In this document: one piece after another, positions 9,768-16,909 of the stretch | How the letters are laid out: the number at the start of each line of letters is the position of its first letter | How positions within the stretch are numbered: position 1 is the stretch's first letter | DNA from: Deltaproteobacteria bacterium | GTDB taxonomy: Bacteria > Myxococcota > JACRCW01 | Direction: 5' to 3' | NCBI GenBank assembly: GCA_016218805.1 | Contig: JACRCW010000121.1 | Coordinates: 1 to 34,746, forward strand | DNA length: 34,746 nt | Made by a program: the position numbers and the translations under genes | Notes under the pieces: generated by a model | What the model saw: the letters and a program-made list of their open reading frames with translations, nothing else | Databases searched by the model: none | What the model was told of the DNA's origin: nothing

Positions 9768-10397
9768 ATGCACACGGCCACCGCTCCCCGGCATTTCTCC
9801 ATGATCCGCGGTTATTCGCTGGCGGACCTGCTCACGCTCACCAACGCGTCCGCGGGTGTCACCTCCGTGTTCTTGCTGCTGTCCCACGTGGACGCGCCGG
9901 CGCCCTGGAAGGTGTGGGCCGCCGTGGCCACGCTGTGTGCGGCGCTGGTGGCGGACGGCCTGGATGGCTGGGTGGCGCGGCGGCGCGGGACCCACTCCGC
10001 CATGGGGCGCGAGCTGGATTCGCTGGCGGACGTCATCTCGTTTGGCATGGCGCCCGCGGTGCTGGGCTGGGTGCTGGGCCTGCGCGGGCTGCTGGATGCG
10101 CCGGTGCTGATCCTGTTTGTGGGCGCCGCGGTCAGCCGGCTGGCGCGCTACAACGTGACGGCCGCGGGGCTGTCCGGGCCCACGGGCAAGGTGCGCCACT
10201 TTGAGGGCACGCCGGTCACCTTCAACATCCTTGCGGTGGGGACGCTGGCGCTGCTGTTTGGCGCGGGGCTGACGGGAACCGCGCTGCCGCTGGGGGCGCT
10301 GGGCGGCGGCGCCTGGGTCTTCCACCCGTTGGTGCTGGTCTACGCGGTGCTGGCCGCCACCATGGTCAGCCGTACGCTGCACGTCCCCAAGCCGTGA
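9768..10397 (+). CDS. pssA: CDP-diacylglycerol--serine O-phosphatidyltransferase
   Basis: DGLDGWVAR...GRELDSLADVISFGMAP motif, RLARYN, FEGTP; GGAGG RBS. Confidence 0.88.
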   Translation: MHTATAPRHFSMIRGYSLADLLTLTNASAGVTSVFLLLSHVDAPAPWKVWAAVATLCAALVADGLDGWVARRRGTHSAMGRELDSLADVISFGMAPAVLGWVLGLRGLLDAPVLILFVGAAVSRLARYNVTAAGLSGPTGKVRHFEGTPVTFNILAVGTLALLFGAGLTGTALPLGALGGGAWVFHPLVLVYAVLAATMVSRTLHVPKP

Positions 10398-10403
10398 GAC
10401 CGT

Positions 10404-11807
10404 TCAGGCGCGCGGGAGGGTGACCACCACGCGCGCACCGCCACCGGGCGTGTTGCGGCGCAGCAGCTGGCCGCCGCTGGCCCACGTCAGCCGCTCGCAG
10501 GTGTACAGGCCCAGGCCGGAACCGTCCTTCTTGGTGGTGTGGAACCCCTGCGCCGGTGCGGCCACCAGCGCCGGCGGGAAGCCGGGGCCGTTGTCTTCAA
10601 TCTCCAGCTCCACCATCGGTGCGGACCCGTCCAGCCGCGCCCGCACGTTGACCTCGGTGGCGCCGCGCCGGCCGTCACCCTGGCAGGCGTTCTGGACCAG
10701 GTTGAACAGGATCCGGTCCAGCGTGGTTTCACCGCCCACCACCTGCACGCGGAGCTCCGCTGGCACCTGCACGTCAAAGCGCACCCCGTGGTGCCGGCGC
10801 GCCACGTTGCGCACGGCGCCCTCAGCCACCTTCCCCACCGCCACCACCGGGTTGGTGGCGGTGAGGTGGCCGCGCGCCGCACCGCGGCTCTCCTGGTTGA
10901 GCCGCTGCACCCGCTGCACGGACTCCGCCAGGTCATCCAGGATCGCCACCGCATCCGCCGGAGTCCCGCCCGTCTTCCCGGACAGGTGATCGCGCAGGGC
11001 CACCAGGTTGAAGTCCAGCGCCCCCAGCTGGTTGTTCACGTCGTGCCCGCGGCCCAGCTCCGCGGTGAGCAGCTCGCGCGTCCGGTCCAGTTGCGTGCTC
11101 CGGTCATGCATGACCTGGGCGTGCAGGGCCGCCATGGCCGCCGCGCGGCCCGTCACGGCCCGCTGGTGCTCCAGCCCAATGCGGCCCAGGAACAGCATGG
11201 ACCCCACCCCGGACAGCGCCGCCGCGGAAATCACCGCCACCTGCTCGGGCGTGGTGGCCAGGGCCCACGCCACGCCCGCGGCAAGCACCGGGGACAGCAC
11301 CCCCAGCGGTTCGGCCGGGGTGATGCGGTACAGGTAGCCAAACAGCGACGACGCGTTGAGGTAGAACAGCGCAAACAGCAGGGCCCCCGCCAGCGCGGAC
11401 AGCCCCATCAGCGCGCCCACCTGCACCAGCACCAGCGTGTTCCCCACCAGCACCATCCACATCATGCCGTGCAAGTCCAGCTGCTGGTGCACGCCGCGCA
11501 GGCGCATCACCCCGTACCAACCCAGCCAGGGCAGGCACAGCAGGGCGCCCGCGGTGGTGTCCACGCGCAGCGTGGCCGCCAGGCCCGGGATCCACCGGCA
11601 CGCCCCCAGCGTGCACACAATGACCAGCAGGCACAGCGCCACGGCCGTGGCCGAATACGCCACACGCGGCGTGGCTGGGTCCTGGTTGCTCACCCAGCGC
11701 GCGTACATGCTCCCCTGCGGCGCAGCGGCGCCGGAGCCCGCAGCCGGCGCGGCCTCTGCTTCCGGGGCCGTCCTGCTTCCCCCCCGGGGAGCCTGCGAAT
11801 CAAGCAT
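10404..11807 (-). CDS. Membrane-bound sensor histidine kinase
   Basis: About 6 TM helices; H-box GHDVNN, N-box NLVQNA, G1 EDNGPG, G2 TTKKDGSGLGL. Start placed at the ATG preceded by AGGTG. Confidence 0.88.
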   Translation of the reverse strand: MLDSQAPRGGSRTAPEAEAAPAAGSGAAAPQGSMYARWVSNQDPATPRVAYSATAVALCLLVIVCTLGACRWIPGLAATLRVDTTAGALLCLPWLGWYGVMRLRGVHQQLDLHGMMWMVLVGNTLVLVQVGALMGLSALAGALLFALFYLNASSLFGYLYRITPAEPLGVLSPVLAAGVAWALATTPEQVAVISAAALSGVGSMLFLGRIGLEHQRAVTGRAAAMAALHAQVMHDRSTQLDRTRELLTAELGRGHDVNNQLGALDFNLVALRDHLSGKTGGTPADAVAILDDLAESVQRVQRLNQESRGAARGHLTATNPVVAVGKVAEGAVRNVARRHHGVRFDVQVPAELRVQVVGGETTLDRILFNLVQNACQGDGRRGATEVNVRARLDGSAPMVELEIEDNGPGFPPALVAAPAQGFHTTKKDGSGLGLYTCERLTWASGGQLLRRNTPGGGARVVVTLPRA

Positions 11808-11937
11808 GAGTGCACCTGTGTCTTGCCGCCAGACCGGGATGCTGCTTCCCGTCCGGTGGATAGGCAAGGCCGGCGCGGTGCGGCTGGAGCGCCCGGTGCG
11901 AGCATGACGACGGTCACATCCCTGGCCCGGGGCGGTC

Positions 11938-13749
11938 TCACGGGTTGTTCCCCAGCGCGCGGGCCATGGCTTCGTCCAGGTCACGCGGGGTGAAGGGCTT
12001 GGCGAGGAACACCACGTCACTGTCCAGCAGCGCACGGTCGCGGTCCTGCAGCGCGTGACCGGACACGCAGACAATGGGCAGGGATGGCCGGACCTGGCGC
12101 ATGCGTTCGTAGCATTCCGCGCCGCCCACCCGCGGCATGGCCATGTCCAGGACCACCAACTGGAAGTCTTCCGGCGCCGCGGTGAGCCGGGCCACGCCGT
12201 CCGCGCCATCGGTGGCAAAGTCCACCTGGTGCCCCGCCGCGGTCAGCACGCGGCCCAGCGCCCGCCGCATCACCGCCTCGTCGTCCACAATGAGGATGTG
12301 CATGGGGCGCATGGCTGCTGCCGCGGGCGGCGGCGGGGTTGCCGTCTCCGCGGGCGCTTCCCGCGCGGGCAGGAAGCAGGTGACGCGGGCCCCCCCGCCG
12401 GGCGCCGGTTCAATGCGGGCGCTGCCTCCGTGCGCCTTGAGCGTCCCCCACACCATGGCCAGGCCCAACCCGGACCCGGCCCCCACCGGCTTGGTGGTGA
12501 AGAACGGTTCAAAGGCATGCGCCCGCACCTCCTCCGTCATCCCCGGGCCGGTGTCCGACACCGACAACGCGGCGTACTCCCCCGGGGCCAGTTCCAGGGC
12601 CGCCGCGTCGGCACCTGCCAGCACCACGCGCTCCAGCACCAGGTCAATCCGGCCGCTTTCACCCATGGCCTGCACCGCGTTGATGCAGACGTTGACCAGC
12701 ACCTGGACCAGGTGGCCGCGGTCCGCATCCACAAACACCCCGCGGTCCTGGCGGTCCGCCAGCACAATCCCCCGCGGACAGGTCCGGCGGAGGATGGCCA
12801 TGGCCTCGTCCACCACGGAGCCCAACGCCAGGCGCTCCTTCTGGTACTGCGCCCGGCGGCTGAACCCCAGCAGCGCGCGCGTGAGCGACGCCCCGCGCCG
12901 CGCGGAGGCAATGATGATGTCCAGGTCTTCGGCCGCCTGGCCCTTGGCGTCCCGGCGCATCACCTGAGAGACGTTGAGCACTGCCGCCAGCAGGTTGTTC
13001 ATGTCATGCGCCAGCCCGCCGGCCAGGTTGCCCACGGCGTCCATCCGCTGCGCGGCCACAAACTGCTCGCGCAGGTGCTCCCGTTCCTGTTCCGCCACGC
13101 GCCGGTTCTCCAGTTCCCGCCGCGTGGTCTCCAGCGCCCGCGTCAGCTCCTGCGCACGCTGGGTGTCCAGCGCCCGCAGTTCCTCCAGTTCATGCACCAC
13201 GGCGCGGTTGGCGCCAAAGGAGAGGATGGCCACCGCCACCGAGCCCGCAATGCTCACGCCGTGCATCAGCCGGTCCGGCCCGTCCAGCAGGACCACCTGC
13301 GTGGCCCACGTCAGCGCGCCCAATGCAAAGGCCGCGTTGGCCCACCGCGTGTGCAGTTGCATGGCGCCGTACGCCCACAGCAGCAAGGCCAACCAGACCT
13401 CCTGGGTGAGGTGCCCGTATTGCGAATACGCCGAGTGGATGGCCCATTCCGCCATGAGCCACAGCAGGAACGACAGCGGGCCGGCGCGCACGGCGGGCAC
13501 ACGCCCGCTCCGGATGCAGAAGTAGGCCGCCGCCGCCGCCACCTGCGCGGCCACCGACACCGCCGCGGTGGGCCACGCGCCGTCGGCCGCCGCCGCCACC
13601 GTCAGCAGGCCCAGCGACCAGGTCATGGCCACCGACCCCAGCGCGATGCGCTGCAGCAGGATCACGTCCAGGCGCTGCTCCAGCGACGCGGGCGCGGGCG
13701 CCGACGCGTCCCAGACCGCCGTGGCCACGCCAGGTTGCGCCGCCGCCAT
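11938..13749 (-). CDS. Hybrid sensor histidine kinase/receiver (membrane-bound)
   Basis: LAGGLAHDMNN, NVCINA, SDTGPG, FEPFFTTK..GSGLGL; REC domain ILIVDDE, LDMAMP, SG, KP; GGGGAG RBS. Confidence 0.92.
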   Translation of the reverse strand: MAAAQPGVATAVWDASAPAPASLEQRLDVILLQRIALGSVAMTWSLGLLTVAAAADGAWPTAAVSVAAQVAAAAAYFCIRSGRVPAVRAGPLSFLLWLMAEWAIHSAYSQYGHLTQEVWLALLLWAYGAMQLHTRWANAAFALGALTWATQVVLLDGPDRLMHGVSIAGSVAVAILSFGANRAVVHELEELRALDTQRAQELTRALETTRRELENRRVAEQEREHLREQFVAAQRMDAVGNLAGGLAHDMNNLLAAVLNVSQVMRRDAKGQAAEDLDIIIASARRGASLTRALLGFSRRAQYQKERLALGSVVDEAMAILRRTCPRGIVLADRQDRGVFVDADRGHLVQVLVNVCINAVQAMGESGRIDLVLERVVLAGADAAALELAPGEYAALSVSDTGPGMTEEVRAHAFEPFFTTKPVGAGSGLGLAMVWGTLKAHGGSARIEPAPGGGARVTCFLPAREAPAETATPPPPAAAAMRPMHILIVDDEAVMRRALGRVLTAAGHQVDFATDGADGVARLTAAPEDFQLVVLDMAMPRVGGAECYERMRQVRPSLPIVCVSGHALQDRDRALLDSDVVFLAKPFTPRDLDEAMARALGNNP

Positions 13750-13995
13750 CAGTCGCTCCCCGCAACCGGGCCACCGCGGGCCATGACGCCGCTGCCCAGG
13801 GCAGGATGATTTCCCCGCCGGGCACTGACCCACTCCGGATGGTTGGCTTCCCCCGCCATGGCCCCCCCGAAAACGGCGCCTACCCTACTAGTGCGAGCAG
13901 GTATGCCCGGCAAATGCCTCCCGCGGCGCGCGGGAGGTGCGCCGGCTGCCTCGGAGCGCAGTGATGGGCGCTGGGGTGTGGCGCCACCGCGCCCG

Positions 13996-14209
13996 GGGAA
14001 GCCCCCGCCAGCCGTGCGACCCCTTCTCCGTATGCCCTGGGAAGCCGTCGCCAGCCTTGCGACCCCTTCTCCGTATGCCCCGGGAAGCCGTCGCCGGCCT
14101 TGCGACCCCTTCTCCGTACGCTCCGGGAAGCCCTCGCCGGCCTTGCGACCCCTTCTCCGTACGCTCCGGAAGCCCTCGCCAGCCTTGCGACCCCTTCTCC
14201 GTACATCCG
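13996..14209. repeat. Five head-to-tail 43-bp imperfectly palindromic tandem repeats (no spacers)
   Basis: Units start at 13996, 14039, 14082, 14125 and 14168 (the last lacks one G); consensus GGGAAGCCsTCGCCrGCCTTGCGACCCCTTCTCCGTAyGCyCy. Confidence 0.95.
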
Positions 14210-14243
14210 CCGGCCCGCTGCGGCGGCCGTGTCCACCCGCGCC

Positions 14244-14273
14244 TTGACGGCGTGAGGGGGGGTGATGGACGTT
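14244..14273 (+). promoter_or_regulatory. Possible sigma70-type promoter for the 14305 gene
   Basis: TTGACG at 14244-14249; the -10 match is poor (GACGTT at 18-bp spacing); G7 run in the spacer. Confidence 0.2.
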
Positions 14274-14304
14274 CTCCACATACCTGCAACCACTGGAGGA
14301 TACC

Positions 14305-14973
14305 TTGCCGCCCCGGCTGATTGCCTACAACACCGCCATGGACACGCTGTGGAGCGAATGCATCTACACGGAGGCCCGCCTGCAGAAGGACCCCTTGGCT
14401 GCCGCGCACGCACCGGCCTTTGACGCGCTGGCCCAACGCGCCGTGGATACCAAACGCGCCCAGCAGGGCTGTTGGCGCGAGGAGATCATTGCGCAGGCGG
14501 GCGTGGACGCGGCGGATGATCGCCTGGATGACCGCACCGAGGGCCTGTCAGAGGAACTGCTGCGGGCGGTCAAGGGCGACCGGAAGGCGGCGCGGTACAC
14601 GCGGTATTTCAAGCAGGGGCCGCCCTCTTCGGTGGTGAAGCTGGGCGTGGAGTCCCAGGTGGCGGTGGTGAATGATTGGCCCGCGTCCCTCAAGACCGAA
14701 GCGGAGCCCGCGGTGCAGGCGCACGGAACGGGTCTGGAGACGGACGTGGCCGTGGCCAAAGCCGAACTGGCCGCGCGCAGCAAGGCATTTGCCGCCACCG
14801 CGGACCACCGCGCCCGCGAGATTGTGAAGCTGGTGGATGACGTCAACGCCGCGCGGCTGAGCGTGTACGGGTTGCTGGTGGGCCTGGTGGAGCCCAACAA
14901 GCTCCCGCGCGCCTGGCCGGACCGGTTCTTCCGCAAGGAGAGCCGGGAGAAGAAGGCGGCTGGCGTGGGGTGA
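14305..14973 (+). CDS. Hypothetical alpha-helical protein (222 aa) next to the tandem repeat array
   Basis: GGAGGA immediately upstream of a TTG start, host-like codon usage, Ala/charged helical composition. Confidence 0.8.
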   Translation: MPPRLIAYNTAMDTLWSECIYTEARLQKDPLAAAHAPAFDALAQRAVDTKRAQQGCWREEIIAQAGVDAADDRLDDRTEGLSEELLRAVKGDRKAARYTRYFKQGPPSSVVKLGVESQVAVVNDWPASLKTEAEPAVQAHGTGLETDVAVAKAELAARSKAFAATADHRAREIVKLVDDVNAARLSVYGLLVGLVEPNKLPRAWPDRFFRKESREKKAAGVG

Positions 14974-15010
14974 GGCGGGCGTGGATGACTTTGGACGGAT
15001 TGAAAACAGT

Positions 15011-15697
15011 TCACACCGGTCGGGCGTGGCCCTCAAGCACCACCTCGCCCGGGGCTGGTGATTGATGACGCGTGATTTCGAATTCGAAACCACCCGAAGC
15101 AAGCACCACGTAGGTGCCCTGCGGATCGTAGGCGGGACGTCCGATCTGACCGCCGTAGGATCCTCTCAGCGGACCGGGGTTGGTTCGGACCTTCACTGAC
15201 TGCTCTTCGCGGCGCCCCGCAAGTGCGGCTTGCGCGATGGTAGCCTGCGTCTCTCCAGGCACAACGGCGAAGACGTCCTGATCGGGGTTCCCTTCAACTC
15301 GCAGCAACCCGGCTACGTCCTCCGAGCAGCGCTCGGTGTAGTCTTTGAGGGTGGAGGGGAAGTCGCTGTTCTTGAGGAAATCCACCAGAAAGGATTGGAG
15401 CGCCCCTGGTTTGGTGAACTTCTTCGTCTTGCCGCCTTCAACCTCCACGGACCTGCCCGAAAACCAGAAGGTCAACATCACGCTCCGGCTGTTCCTGAGA
15501 TAGCGGGGCCAGGTCACCAGGGCGCGCTGCTCCGGGCGGCTGCCCGGCTCGACCGCCGCGCCGACCAGGTAGTCCTCGTTCTGGTTCAGGAACTCCGCGA
15601 ATTCCTCCAGGACGCTGTCGAACTCATTCGGTGCGCGAACCGGCGGGTTCGCCAGCCCTTCCAAGGTCTTCGTCAGTTGCTGTTTGAAGGGTGACAT
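15011..15697 (-). CDS. Hypothetical protein, partner of the EEP nuclease
   Basis: GAGGTG RBS, start overlaps the EEP gene end, lower GC, protein-like composition. Confidence 0.8.
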   Translation of the reverse strand: MSPFKQQLTKTLEGLANPPVRAPNEFDSVLEEFAEFLNQNEDYLVGAAVEPGSRPEQRALVTWPRYLRNSRSVMLTFWFSGRSVEVEGGKTKKFTKPGALQSFLVDFLKNSDFPSTLKDYTERCSEDVAGLLRVEGNPDQDVFAVVPGETQATIAQAALAGRREEQSVKVRTNPGPLRGSYGGQIGRPAYDPQGTYVVLASGGFEFEITRHQSPAPGEVVLEGHARPV

Positions 15698-16602
15698 CTG
15701 TTCACCTCGTTCACGCGCAGGGCCGCGTACACCGGAAGATGATCGGAGTACCTCGTGCGTTTACCGCCCGCCGTTGTCAACTTCTGCTCGCCGTCTTCAG
15801 CATTCAGGGTTTCCAGGATCTCGGGGGGCGCCAGGTGGTCGGCCAATTCGTCACTCACCAGGATCTGGTCCATGTGATGCCAAAGCTTGGCGGTATGAGG
15901 GCGTTTGTCGTAGGCAAGAGTACCCCAGGGACTGGCGTCCCGGAGCAGGCCCCACATCGGGTTGAACAGTCCCCGGGGGCCGCCGTGGGAACGTCCTGGC
16001 TTATCTTGCCAACATCTCAACCGCTCGCGCTCCCGGAACGCATACCACCCCTCTTCGTGCAACAGCTCCTCCTCGTAAGGGTCGGCGTTCAGGTCTCCAA
16101 GGACCGCGAGGGGGCGGCCACCCGCGAAACGCTCCACGGCTGACCGCAATTCCCGCGCCGCGGCGTGACGGTCGGCGCTCTCTCTCCCGCGCGGGTCCTT
16201 CTTGCTCACGGCGTGCACGCACGCCACGGCCAGATCGCGCCATTCGCCCCTAAGGTCCGCAAAGGCGGCTCCAACAAAACGTCCGTGCTCCTTCTCCTGC
16301 CTCGGTGGTTTCTCCGCCACAAGATCAAGGGTTGAAACGATGCACTTCGCGGAGCGAGTCCTGGCCGGACCTTGCCCCTCCAGGTACGTCACGAGCCCAA
16401 GGGTTCCCTGGGAGCGCGTCCGGATTTGGTCCCCAAGCAGCATTTCCGGGAGGTCCCTAACCGGGACCTCTTGAAGGGCTACGATCCACGGGCCCTGTTG
16501 GCGCGCGCTGAGTTTTCGCGCGATGTGGCCAATCGCCAGCCACAAGGCGTCCACGGAGCGGCCCACGTTCCAAGTCAGCAGGTGAACGGAGCGCGCTTCC
16601 AT
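15673..16602 (-). CDS. Endonuclease/exonuclease/phosphatase (EEP) family protein
   Basis: LLTWNV, ALQEV, VHAVSK, LGDLNADPY, LFNPMW, MDQILVS, YSDHLPV; full catalytic set present. Confidence 0.88.
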   Translation of the reverse strand: MEARSVHLLTWNVGRSVDALWLAIGHIARKLSARQQGPWIVALQEVPVRDLPEMLLGDQIRTRSQGTLGLVTYLEGQGPARTRSAKCIVSTLDLVAEKPPRQEKEHGRFVGAAFADLRGEWRDLAVACVHAVSKKDPRGRESADRHAAARELRSAVERFAGGRPLAVLGDLNADPYEEELLHEEGWYAFRERERLRCWQDKPGRSHGGPRGLFNPMWGLLRDASPWGTLAYDKRPHTAKLWHHMDQILVSDELADHLAPPEILETLNAEDGEQKLTTAGGKRTRYSDHLPVYAALRVNEVNRCHPSNSN

Positions 16603-16729
16603 CAGACGCAACCATCCCGGACGTCGGAGGAGGCACGTCCCCGGCCGTTGCCCTTGCGACACGCCCACGGCGCCATCACACACTCCTGCGCGCGCGAACC
16701 GCGCGCGACCAACCCGCTCGGGGAAACGC

Positions 16730-16880
16730 CTATCACGGCGCGCCTGTGGCCCCGCAAGGGCACGTTGCGGCCGCCTATGCCGATCGCGCCGTGGAGCCAG
16801 GTGCTCCCTGCAGGACTGTCGGCGCAGGGAATCTTGCGCAAGCCGGCGTGGACGCGGCGGATGACAGCCTGGATGACCGC
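16730..16880 (+). pseudogene. Decayed fragment homologous to the 14305-14973 gene
   Basis: 16785-16880 aligns to 14437-14535 with three single-base gaps (shared GGCGTGGACGCGGCGGATGA and GCCTGGATGACCGC); weaker similarity extends upstream. Confidence 0.8.
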
Positions 16881-16909
16881 CGCATGGGCAGGCCCCGCCT
16901 GCTCCCTGG

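Noticed and set aside
13996..14209. CRISPR array
   Set aside because: Units are contiguous with no unique spacers, and there are no cas genes in the window
13749..14436. ORFs spanning the tandem repeats
   Set aside because: The 43-bp period cycles through frames and gives repetitive Arg/Gly/Pro peptides on both strands; no RBS or codon support
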